A stretch of 61,476 nucleotides of DNA, filler included. It is 8 parts of 8 records of this genome, joined end to end, with 100 filler letters (N's around TTAATTAATTAA, not from the genome) between each part and the next. Parts side by side here need not be neighbours in the genome. Positions count along the whole stretch, not along the records: positions 5,644 to 13,005 come from SRR31156797_27945; positions 13,106 to 18,969 come from SRR31156797_27957; positions 19,070 to 24,908 come from SRR31156797_27958; 5 more parts are not named here. The stretch is one strand, 5' to 3'. Positions 10,246 to 20,206 of the stretch are shown here, one piece after another. The notes under the pieces were generated by a model that saw nothing but the letters and a program-made list of their open reading frames with translations, made no database searches and was not told where the DNA came from. The translations under genes and the position numbers were made by a program. Numbering within the stretch: position 1 is the first letter of the stretch; every line of letters begins with the position of its first letter.

Positions 10246-10602
10246 TTACAACTCGCAGGTCTTGCAGTTTGTTCCGCCGCATTCAGGGTTCTCGAACTGC
10301 CACTTAAGGCCCCATTGCTTGATGTTCTGGAGAACGTGAAGGAACTCCTCCCCACTCTCTGTAAGAGTGTATTCCGACCTTATAGGAAAAACCGAATCAT
10401 CGACTTTCTTGTCAACAAGACCATGCTCTTCCAGTTCTTTCAATCTTGTAGAAAGGGTCTTTGGTGTTACATCCTGCAGTTTGTTCTTAAGTTCATTGAA
10501 CCTCTTCTGCTTGTTCTTACCCTTATATAGTTCATGTAAGATGCATAAAGACCATTTTTTGCCGATAATATCGACTGTTTTGTAAATTGTGCAATCTTTC
10601 AT
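10246..10602 (-). CDS. HxlR/DUF24 (MarR-type) transcriptional regulator
   Basis: N-terminal Cys (MKDCT), IIGKKW, RFNEL, TPKTLSTRLKELE, EYTLTESG; Cys-rich tail CGGTNCKTC. Confidence 0.92.
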   Translation of the reverse strand: MKDCTIYKTVDIIGKKWSLCILHELYKGKNKQKRFNELKNKLQDVTPKTLSTRLKELEEHGLVDKKVDDSVFPIRSEYTLTESGEEFLHVLQNIKQWGLKWQFENPECGGTNCKTCEL

Positions 10603-10603
10603 A

Positions 10604-10652
10604 GTATCCTATAGGAAACCACCCAATATATAAGTGAGTATCCATAATATAC
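10604..10652. promoter_or_regulatory. Divergent archaeal promoter with two operator-like inverted repeats
   Basis: GTATCCTATAGGAAAC (10604-10619, 14 of 16 positions palindromic) and GTATCCATAATATAC (10638-10652) flank a TATA-like ATATATAA (10626-10633). Confidence 0.55.
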
Positions 10653-10691
10653 CATCTATTCGGAATAGAATTTGAAAATGGAGTGACAAAA

Positions 10692-11351
10692 TTGGCAAAA
10701 GACTTACTTGAAAAGGGAGCAATCCTTCAGAGAGATCAGGAAACATACGCAATTGCACCACATTTACCAGGTGGAGTGGTTTCAGCGGATCAGCTAAGCA
10801 AGATCGCCGAAGTTGCTGCTAAATATGAGGCTGCAACATTGAAAGTTACCTCATCCCAGAGAGTTGCTATCGTTGGATTGAAGGAAGAAGACATCGACAA
10901 AGCTTGGGAAGACCTTGGTATAAAGCCAGGTGCTGCTATCGGACTTTGTGTAAGGAGCGTAAAGATCTGCCCAGGTACAACATTCTGTAAGCGTGGTCAG
11001 CAGGACTCCGTTGGTCTTGGACTTAAAATCGATGAGAAATACCACGGAATGGAACTTCCATGTAAGTTCAAGATGGCTGTTTCCGGTTGTGCAAACTCAT
11101 GCTCAGAACCTGCGATCAAAGACGTAGGTATCATGGGTACACCAAAGGGATACACCGTCATGGTCGGCGGTAACGCAGCGATCAAACCAAGGCTTGCAGA
11201 TGTTATTGCAGATGAGCTCGACGAAGATGAAGTTCTTGCACTTGTAGAGAAGATCATCACATTCACCAAGGCACACGGTTCAAAACACCGTCTTGGAAGA
11301 GTAATTGATGACATCGGACTTGACAAGTTCAAGGCAGAAGTCGGACTTTAA
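10692..11351 (+). CDS. Small siroheme-[4Fe-4S] nitrite/sulfite reductase-like protein
   Basis: CPGTTFC (Cx5C) and SGCANSC (Cx3C) ligands; NIR_SIR ferredoxin-like half domain; GGAGTGA RBS before TTG 10692. Confidence 0.85.
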   Translation: MAKDLLEKGAILQRDQETYAIAPHLPGGVVSADQLSKIAEVAAKYEAATLKVTSSQRVAIVGLKEEDIDKAWEDLGIKPGAAIGLCVRSVKICPGTTFCKRGQQDSVGLGLKIDEKYHGMELPCKFKMAVSGCANSCSEPAIKDVGIMGTPKGYTVMVGGNAAIKPRLADVIADELDEDEVLALVEKIITFTKAHGSKHRLGRVIDDIGLDKFKAEVGL

Positions 11352-11359
11352 AATCAGAA

Positions 11360-11770
11360 ATGTATTTTCAGGGGAAGATTCCCCTGCTATTCTTATTTTT
11401 AAATATCCTTAAAAACGGAGCTGATCTTATCGAAGATGTTAAACCTGTAACAAAGGTCGCAGTTATCCGTTGCGATATCGTTTCGGAAGCATGTCCTGGA
11501 GTCGGATGTTTCATGGCTTTCAACAAAAGGAGTATGAATTTTAGTGAGTATGATGAGAACACAGAAATGGTGGCATTCTTCACCTGCGGAGGATGTTCAG
11601 GTCGCAGGGTCTATCGCCTGTTGAAGTCATTGAAAAAGCGAGGTGTGGATGTGATCCATTTGAGTTCCTGCATGCAGATGGAGAACTACCCGAAATGTCC
11701 TCACATCGATGAGATCAAAAGAACGGTTGAGAGCGCAGGAATCAAACTTGTAGAAGGAACGCATCATTAG
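11360..11770 (+). CDS. CGGC domain protein (start uncertain)
   Basis: IRC..ACPGVGC, FFTCGGCSG, IHLSSC, CPH, C-terminal EGTHH. Confidence 0.88.
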   Translation: MYFQGKIPLLFLFLNILKNGADLIEDVKPVTKVAVIRCDIVSEACPGVGCFMAFNKRSMNFSEYDENTEMVAFFTCGGCSGRRVYRLLKSLKKRGVDVIHLSSCMQMENYPKCPHIDEIKRTVESAGIKLVEGTHH

Positions 11771-11787
11771 ATACAGGAGAGAAGAAC

Positions 11788-12156
11788 ATGGGCAAGAGAC
11801 TGATAGTTAAGATAGATGAAGAAAAGTGCACAGGATGCGGAAAATGTGTTTCACCCTGTGCCGAAGGTGCCATACAGATAATCAATGGGAAGGCAAAAGT
11901 CGTAGCGGAAGAGCTCTGTGATGGAATGGGATTCTGCATTGGAGTCTGTCCCGAGGACGCTATCACCATCGAGGAAAGGGAAGCCATCCCCTTCGACCTC
12001 AGAAAAGTCGAGGCACAGAAAAAGAAGACAGACGTCTCAATCCAGTGTTTCAGCTGTGGCTGCGGAGAACAAGGCAATTACCTCATACCTGTAAGACATG
12101 ACATGGAAAGTCTCTGGGTATGCACAAGATGCCTGCCACAACTTATACACGGATGA
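11788..12156 (+). CDS. 4Fe-4S dicluster ferredoxin-like protein with C-terminal CxxC..CxxC
   Basis: CTGCGKCVSPC and CDGMGFCIGVCP clusters; CFSC and CTRC in the tail. Confidence 0.88.
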   Translation: MGKRLIVKIDEEKCTGCGKCVSPCAEGAIQIINGKAKVVAEELCDGMGFCIGVCPEDAITIEEREAIPFDLRKVEAQKKKTDVSIQCFSCGCGEQGNYLIPVRHDMESLWVCTRCLPQLIHG

Positions 12157-12159
12157 GAT

Positions 12160-13005
12160 ATGGCGATATACATCGAGCTGGTCAAAGAGGTGGATTACCT
12201 CTGTGACTACACTTTTAATTTCCACTGGCACAACGAGAACCTTGACCCTGATTCGGTCATACCGCAGCAGAAAGGCACGAAACTGACATACAGGGACCTT
12301 GTCAATGAACTGAAGAACAATGGTGAGATTCACATAACGGGAAATGCCGGAAAGAACTTTGCCTACAGTGTGGGTGCCGACCTGAAACATTTCGGAGGAA
12401 GTGGCGAGGTCGAGAAGGCAGGCAGGATATTCATCACCGGGAACGTTGGACCCGAGACAGGTATGGGAATGGTATCAGGAATCCTCTATATCAAAGGGAA
12501 AATCGAGTATCCTCTTGGAAACATTGTGGAACTCGTGTCAGATGTAGAAGAATTCAGGAAATTTCGCTCGATCACAGATATAATCTGTAATGGGATTGAA
12601 GAGGATGAACTCATAGACAATGAGTTCAATGAAGAACAGAACATGCTTATCCTCGGGGATGGGATTCCAAGAGGAACAGTCGCTGCTAGATGTGGCTGTG
12701 ATGCAAAGGTGGTCATCGAAGGAGATGCCTATAATGGAACCGGCCTGCTTGCAAAAAAATCCACGGTCATAGTCAATGGAAGTGCAGGAATGAACACAGG
12801 TTCACATCTCAACGGAGGCATCGTTGTTGTTCATGGTGATGTGGGAGAATTCTCCGGAGCCTACATGAAAGACGGGAAGCTTATATTTCTCAGTGCAAAA
12901 GGTTTTATCGGAGCCGGAATGCAAGGTGGCTCAATCTACTCCAAAAGCAAGGCAAAGACAAGCCCGCCTGCTGCAAAGTCAAGAATGAAGGGAGATGACA
13001 GCAAA
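12160..13005 (+). CDS. GXGXG-repeat beta-helix protein (FwdC/GltB C-terminal-like), 3'-truncated
   Basis: Repeated I-x-G-N/D-A/V-G...G-x-x-M-x-x-G units (GNVGPETGMGMVSG, GDVGEFSGAYMKDG, GFIGAGMQGG). Confidence 0.75.
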
Positions 13006-13105
13006 NNNNNNNNNNNNNNNNNNNNNNNNNNNNNNNNNNNNNNNNNNNNTTAATTAATTAANNNNNNNNNNNNNNNNNNNNNNNNNNNNNNNNNNNNNNN
13101 NNNNN
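13006..13105. other. Artificial contig spacer
   Basis: Same 100-nt spacer. Confidence 0.98.
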
Positions 13106-14198
13106 TTTATGTACAAACTGTGTTGATGTTTGTCCTAATGATCTTCCAACTGATATGATCATAGAGCAAGTAAGATCAGATATCGCAAAAAAATATGGGA
13201 TAGCTTGGTATAAAAGAGCATTTTTCTTTCTTTTAAGACATAGAAAAATTATGGATCTTATGGCTAAGCTTGGATGGGTTTTTCAAACATGTGGATTGAA
13301 AATAGATCAACAAAAACAAGGTGGAAAATCAAGGCTTAATCTTCCAATTGAGATGATAAAAGATAGAACTCTTCCTTTTGCAGATAGAAGATCATTTTTA
13401 AATTCATACCCAGAAAATATTATTAATCATAAAGATCAAAAAGAGATAAAAAAAGTAGCGATTTTTATAGGATGTATGGGAAATTATGCTTATACAAATA
13501 TTGGAAAATCACTTTTGAAGATTTTAGAAAAATTAGAAATAGATGCCTTTATTCCTAAAAAACAAAAATGTTGTGGAGCGCCAGCATATTTTACAGGAGA
13601 TTTTGATACAGTTGATCATTTAATTAAAAAAAATATTGAATATTTTGAAACTTTTATTGATGATGTGGATGCTATTATTATCCCTGAAGCAACATGTAGT
13701 GCTATGATAAATACTGATTGGGAACATTTTTTACATGATCAGCCAGCTTGGAAAGAGCGAGCGAAAAAAATAGCTCCAAAAGTTCAAATGGCAACAAAAT
13801 GGCTTGAAAATGATACTAATCTAGTTGAGCTTTTAAAACAACATGGTAAAAAAATGGAAGAGATTGTAACATATCACGATCCTTGTCATGCTAAAAAGAT
13901 GCAAGGGGTATTTAAAGAGCCAAGAAATCTTATAGAACAAAGTTATCAAATTGATGAGATGAGTGATCCAAATGAGTGTTGTGGATTTGGTGGAGTGACT
14001 ATGCAAAGTGAAAAATACCATTTTGCAAAAGCAGTTGGAGTAAAAAAAGCTTCAATGATCAATCAAACAAAAGCAAATGTGGTTAGTGCTGAATGTAGTG
14101 CTTGTAGAATGCAGATTACAGATTCACTAGGACGAACTGAATCTGAAGTGATATTTAAAAACCCAATTGAACTTATAGCGGAGGCATTAGAAGATTAA
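13106..14198 (+). CDS. GlcF/GlpC-like Fe-S oxidoreductase subunit, 5'-truncated
   Basis: LCTNCVDVCP at the edge is in frame; two CCG domains (CCGAP; YHDPCH, CCGFGG, CSAC). Confidence 0.88.
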
Positions 14199-14199
14199 G

Positions 14200-15021
14200 A
14201 TGCAATGGTGGCAAAATATCTATAGTAATTTTGACCCAGTAGCTTTTAATCTATTTGGTATTGCTGTGCATTGGTATGGGATTATGTATGCCCTTGCTTT
14301 AATAGGAGCAATTGCAGCTGCGCATTGGATTATTAAAAAAGATAATATGGATATCACAAAAGAGCAACTTGATAGTTATATCCTATGGGTTGAGCTTGGT
14401 GTTGTTTTAGGAGCAAGACTTGGATATATTCTCTTTTATGATCCTAATACACTCTATTATTTAAGTCATCCTTGGCAGATATTTAATCCTTTTGGTAGTA
14501 ATGGTGAATTTGTAGGAATCTCAGGAATGAGTTACCATGGTGCTGTTGCTGGGTTTATCATAGCTTCAACTATTTGGTGTAAAAAACATAAAATATCTTT
14601 TTGGTTTATGGGAGACATTGCAGCAATTGCAGTACCTTTTGGATATATTTTTGGACGAATTGGAAACTTCTTAAATCAAGAGCTTGTAGGTCGAGCAACT
14701 GAACAGCCTTGGGGAATTTATGTTGATGGAGTATTACGGCATCCATCAGCTATTTATGAAGCTATTTTAGAAGGTTTAATAGTTTTTGTGATCATATATT
14801 GTATTAGAAAGAAAAAACAATTTGATGGTCAATTAGGGCTACTTTATATAATACTTTATTCAATAACAAGAATTATTGCAGAGTTGTTTAGGCAGCCTGA
14901 TGTGCAACTTGGGTTTATCTTAAATACTAGTTGGCTTACTATGGGGATGTTGATCTCTTTTGGGTTTATAGTTTTAACACTTATAGTTTATATACTAAGG
15001 ATAAAAAAGGTTAATCCTTAG
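14200..15021 (+). CDS. lgt: Prolipoprotein diacylglyceryl transferase
   Basis: HWYGIMY, GARLGY, GMSYHG, GRIGNFLNQELVGR, RHPS, ELFRQPD. Confidence 0.96.
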   Translation: MQWWQNIYSNFDPVAFNLFGIAVHWYGIMYALALIGAIAAAHWIIKKDNMDITKEQLDSYILWVELGVVLGARLGYILFYDPNTLYYLSHPWQIFNPFGSNGEFVGISGMSYHGAVAGFIIASTIWCKKHKISFWFMGDIAAIAVPFGYIFGRIGNFLNQELVGRATEQPWGIYVDGVLRHPSAIYEAILEGLIVFVIIYCIRKKKQFDGQLGLLYIILYSITRIIAELFRQPDVQLGFILNTSWLTMGMLISFGFIVLTLIVYILRIKKVNP

Positions 15022-15280
15022 TATAAGGGTCATCGATATAACCCATTCGAATAGCTTCTTCTTCTATTTTATTTCTAAGCAGATCCAATCTCCACCCGTG
15101 TCTGTTTGAAAACTCTTCAATCTCAACATCACGATCCTCTTTGGGAAGTGTATATAATCTTCTTAAAAACAACTTTGGAACTTGAATAGCTATGAGTTGA
15201 AAATAATTCTCCTTACAACTTCTTGAGCAAAATGCTTTACTCATAGCTATCTTCTTTTTACAAAACGGACAATGGGACAT
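15011..15280 (-). CDS. Small protein with N-terminal zinc-ribbon-like Cys motif
   Basis: MSHCPFC..FCSRSC; AAGG RBS; co-oriented with upstream genes. Confidence 0.75.
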   Translation of the reverse strand: MSHCPFCKKKIAMSKAFCSRSCKENYFQLIAIQVPKLFLRRLYTLPKEDRDVEIEEFSNRHGWRLDLLRNKIEEEAIRMGYIDDPYTKD

Positions 15281-15302
15281 ATTTACTTTTCCTTACCTTC
15301 CT

Positions 15303-15497
15303 CTATTTTTTTACTGGTACCAATTTATAATATTCTGCATTTGTAACATCTTGGACATATTTAGGGTCACTTTCATGTAATGCAATTATCTGTATCTCTT
15401 GACCGTAAAGCAGCCAACCTTTAGCTTCATGATCCTCTAAAACACCTAGAGAGAACATCTCAACTAATTCATCTTTTGAAACTATTTGCTCTTCCAT
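15303..15497 (-). CDS. Hypothetical protein
   Basis: 64 aa, GAGGA RBS, co-oriented in the minus-strand run. Confidence 0.65.
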   Translation of the reverse strand: MEEQIVSKDELVEMFSLGVLEDHEAKGWLLYGQEIQIIALHESDPKYVQDVTNAEYYKLVPVKK

Positions 15498-15518
15498 TAT
15501 TTCCTCGGATTTCTTGAT

Positions 15519-16181
15519 CTATCTTAGTTTATCTATTTGATAACCTGCAGATGAAATATTTTTTATAATATTATAATAGGTTTTATTTCTAACCTTATTG
15601 ATTACATTTCTCATAGTAAACACACTCATTTTTTTATCTTTCCACACATGCTTTTTGATATCATCATATGTTACAATTTTATCTGAGTTATCAAGAAGTA
15701 GTTTTAATAATTGGAATTCAAATTTTGTAAAACTCACCTCTCCAAATTTATCATAAAATCTTTCTCTATATGCATCGTAGTAAATACCATTATCAAGACA
15801 TATTTTATCAACCCTTTTTGATTGATTGATTGCCATTACAATAGAAACTTTTAATTGTTCTGTATCGATTGGTGAATGAACTATTGAATATACACCACCA
15901 TTGATACAATTAACAATAGCTTTATCCTCTAGATCTTCCATAATAACTATTTTTGGCAATAGAGGTTTTGTTAAACGAATCTGATCAGTAATATCTTTTG
16001 CCTGATCAAGTGTATAATCAATCACTACTAGATCCACTTGGTTTGTTAAAAGTTTTGTATCGTGCTCTGTAGTAATAATTAATTCTTTTGCATTATACTC
16101 TTTAAGCTTTGATATTACTTCTTCATTTTGTGAAATACACAAAATAGTCATATTGCTTATTTTTCGTAATTTTTTAATCAT
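15519..16181 (-). CDS. OmpR-like response regulator with degenerate receiver domain
   Basis: DLVVID receiver strand; C-terminal winged helix (FTKFEFQLLKLL, IKKHVW, INKVRNK, GYQI); GAGG RBS before ATG 16181. Confidence 0.8.
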   Translation of the reverse strand: MIKKLRKISNMTILCISQNEEVISKLKEYNAKELIITTEHDTKLLTNQVDLVVIDYTLDQAKDITDQIRLTKPLLPKIVIMEDLEDKAIVNCINGGVYSIVHSPIDTEQLKVSIVMAINQSKRVDKICLDNGIYYDAYRERFYDKFGEVSFTKFEFQLLKLLLDNSDKIVTYDDIKKHVWKDKKMSVFTMRNVINKVRNKTYYNIIKNISSAGYQIDKLR

Positions 16182-16274
16182 AATAAACCTCAATATGCTC
16201 TGATTTTTTGTTATTATATCAAAAAAAGTTATTTTTGTCAAAGCCCCCTTATATTAAGGGTTAAGAGAGGATTT

Positions 16275-18969
16275 TTATTTTAATTCTGCCCAATTTTGTC
16301 CTCTACTTACTCCCACTTTTAAAGGAACTTCAAGGGTGTAAATATTTTCCATGATTTGAACTAACTCTTCGGTAATTATTTCTAATTTTTCATCTTTAAT
16401 CTCAAAGATTAATTCATCATGAATTTGTAATAACATATCCATATCATCATTATTTTTATATTTTAGATAGATTTTATTCATACTAAGTTTTATAAGATCA
16501 GCTGCACTTCCTTGAAAAACTGTATTGACTGATTCTCGTTGATACGTTGCTTTCATCATTCCATTTGCATTTTCAAAATCAAATCTTCTTTTTCTTCCAG
16601 TTAATGTTTTTACATATCCATTCATCATAGCATCTTCTTGAATAGATTGTAAGAACCCTTGTACCGTATTAAAACTTTCAAAATAACTTTCAATATATCC
16701 CTTGGCTTCTTTCGCTGGGATTCCTAACTGTTCTCCTAGTTTTCTACTTCCCATACCATATAAAAGGCCAAAGTTAATAGACTTTGCAATATTTCTTTTA
16801 TCTTTTGCTTCCTCTTCTCCAAATATTTTGATTGCTGTTTGAAGATGAATATCTTGATTTTCATTAAAAGCTTTTATGAGACTTGGGTCTTTACTAAAAT
16901 GAGCTAGAAGTCTTAACTCAATTTGAGAATAATCGATCCCTACTAATGTATATCCATCACGAGCAATAAACCCTTTTCTTATATTACGCCCTGCTTCTGT
17001 TTTTACTGGAATATTTTGAAGATTTGGATTTTTAGAACTTAACCTTCCTGTAGCAGTTCCTGTCTGAATAAAGGATGTATATATAATATTATCATTATTT
17101 TGTTTTGCGAGCTCTATTAGTGGTTCAATATAGGTTGAAAAAAGTTTAAAATATTCTCTATATTCTAAAAGTTTTGGAATGATCGGATGATCATCCACAA
17201 GTTTACTTAATACTTGCTCATTAGTACTATATCCTGTTTTTGTTTTTTTAGGTGGTGTAAGTTTTAAATTCTCAAAAAGAACTGTTCCTAGTTGTTTAGG
17301 AGAATTGATATTAAACTCTTCTCCTGCTAGTTCATGAATTGTTTTTGTAAGCTCTTGGAGATCTACTTTAGCTTTTTGTTGTAACTCTTCAAAGAAAGCT
17401 AAATCTAATTTAATCCCGTTATTTTCCATAGTAATTAATACATCAATAAAAGGAAACTCTATCCTTTTAGCTAACTGCATCAAATAGGATTCATCATTAA
17501 ATTTAAACTCTTCTAGTAGTTTATTATATAAACGTAAAGTGATATAAGCATCTTCAGCTGCATAGTTGCAAGCATCCTCTAAAGAAACATTAGAAAAGTT
17601 TTCCCCTTTTTTGACCATATCTTTATAGCTTATGGTTTTATATCCATTTAAAAGTCTCTCAGCTAACTTATCCATCCCCACAGCTTTATCACTATCAAGT
17701 AACCACGCCATGATCATAGTATCTGCTTCAAGTTTGAGTTCTATATCAAAATTATTTTGCACAATTTGTTTATCATATTTAAAGTTTTGCAAAATAAGTT
17801 TATGGGTATTTAGTTTTTCTATTGCTTTTTTAGCATCCTCTTTTGATACTTGATCCCCTACTCCTAGATAATAATGCCCTATTGGTACATAATAGGACTT
17901 TGTAGTATCATAACAAAATGAAAATCCTACGATATCTGCAACTTCTGTTTCTAAAGAAGTGGTTTCAGTATCAAAAGCAACCAAACTTTTTGAAGGAATA
18001 TTTTCAACAATCTCAAAAAGCTTTTTAGCATCATCTAAAAGGATAAACTCACATTTTTCCTCTTGTATCTCTTCTTGTATAGGAGCAGTGTATCCTTTAG
18101 GAATAGTAGTTTTATAACTTAGCCCATCTTTATTTACTTTATCAATCACTCTATTCATATCATACTCTATTAGAGTATCTGCTACTTTTAAGATAGGGTT
18201 TTCACTTGGAAGTTTAAGCCCCTCAATATCTCCATAACTATCCAAATAGTGTGCATCATGATGAAGAGTAACTAACTGTTTACTAATATAAGCACTCTCT
18301 TTCCCCTCATTTAAAAGCTTTTGCCATCTTGGCTTTTCAATCGAATCTATATTTGCATAGATAGCATCTAAGTCATTATATTGTTGAATCAAAGCCATTG
18401 CTGTTTTTGCACCAACCCCTTTTACTCCAGGAACATTATCCGCACTATCCCCTAAAAGAGATTGATAATCGATAAATTGATTTGGATATACCCCATATTT
18501 TTCATAACAGTCACTCGATAAGATCTTTTTTTTCTTGATTGGATCAAAAAGGTAAATATCATCATTGATTAATTGATATAAATCCTTATCATGACTCACT
18601 ATACATACTTCAAGATCAAAAAGTTTTCCATCTACTGCAAGTGAAGCGATCATATCATCCGCTTCATATCCATCTTTACAAGCAATTGGAAAACCCATTT
18701 TTTCAATAAGATCTATCGCTACAGGAAGTTGTGCTTTTAGATCCTCTGGAGCTTCAGGACGATGGGCTTTATATTCTGGATAGATATCATTTCTAAATGT
18801 AGCCCCTTTGCTATCAAGAGCAAAGATAAGGTAATCTGTATGAAAATCTTTTCCAATAGTAGCTATAAAATTCATAAATCCTGTAAGCATACCTGTAGGA
18901 AAACCTGTTTTTGATTTTAATGGCGGTAAGGCAAAATAGCTTCTAAATAAAAATCCAAATGTATCAATT
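16275..18969 (-). CDS. polA: DNA polymerase I, 5'-truncated
   Basis: 5' nuclease (IDTFGFLFRSY, EADD, GDSADN), exonuclease motifs DTET/NFKYD/YAAED, polymerase motifs DYSQIELR, KSINFGLLYG, QIHDE. Confidence 0.97.
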
Positions 18970-19069
18970 NNNNNNNNNNNNNNNNNNNNNNNNNNNNNNN
19001 NNNNNNNNNNNNNTTAATTAATTAANNNNNNNNNNNNNNNNNNNNNNNNNNNNNNNNNNNNNNNNNNNN
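18970..19069. other. Artificial contig spacer
   Basis: Same 100-nt spacer. Confidence 0.98.
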
Positions 19070-20196
19070 GTAGTGTTGATGTATATTGGAATACAACCGA
19101 CAATATTTTAATGAAGGTACCGGTTGATGCTACGGCTGGTTACAGCTATCAATTCCAAAATGTTGGAAAAACTTCGAATAAAGGTTTTGAATTGGCTGTA
19201 AATGTTGACCTTGTACGCAAAAAGGATTTTAACCTGAATTTTTCAGCTTCGTATAACTACAACCACAACAATATTGATGAGTTGAAAGAGGATGCATTGG
19301 CTGATACTCATACAGGCTGGGGGTCAAGTATGCGTATCCCGTATTACGACTATATTATCCGCGAAGGTCAGCCTGTTGGTGTTATTCAAGGGTTTGAATC
19401 GGATGGTTTTTATACGGTTGATGATTTTAATTATTCAAATGGCGTTTATACCTTAAAAGATGGTGTTGACGATATTGAATCAATTATTAATTACCCTACC
19501 AATGTAACCGGAGGGTTTACTTTGGCTGATGGGCAGACGGCTTTCCCTGGTTGTGTTAAATTTAAAGATATAAGTGGCGACGGTGTTGTAAATGATGAAG
19601 ATGTAACAGAAATTGGCGAAACAATGCCAAAACATACTGGAGGATTTGTTTTTAATGCCTCATACAAACAATTCGATTTTAGTGCCGGCTTTAACTATCA
19701 AATTGGAGGTAGTGTTTATAATGCCAACGCTATGTACAGCATGATGGGTAATAAAGACAACAGCTTAGGTGCCAATCGTTTGTCTTTTGTAAAAGATACC
19801 TACAAAGTATACGATGTTGATTCAAACGGAGACTTGGTACTAATCACCGATCCTAGTGCTTTAAGTACTTTGAATGCAGATGCCAAGTATGCGCTTAATT
19901 ACTCTGAATACGGTATTGCTTCTTCTGAGTTTATTGAAGATGCTTCTTATCTTCGTCTTCAAACATTAACTGTGGGGTATACGATTCCTGAAAATTTAAC
20001 AGGTAAAATTGGTATCCAGAACTTACGCCTTTACTTTACAGGTTCTAACTTGTTTTGCTTAACAGGATATTCAGGTTTAGATCCGGATGTTAATACTGAT
20101 ACTGACGGTGTGGATGGATTTCCTACACCAAGTTATGACTACAACTCTTACCCTAAAGCAAGGTCTTTTACTTTTGGGTTAAACCTAACTTTTTAA
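19070..20196 (+). CDS. SusC/RagA TonB-dependent transporter, C-terminal part
   Basis: QNVGKTSNKGFE, IEDASYLRLQTLTVGY, YSGLDPD, YPKARSFTFGLNLTF terminus. Confidence 0.95.
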
Positions 20197-20206
20197 TTAA
20201 TAGGAG

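Noticed and set aside
7873-11770. TAG stops in the methanogen fragment as possible pyrrolysine codons
   Set aside because: The glycerate kinase, PEBP and CGGC proteins are complete at their TAG, with family C-termini present.
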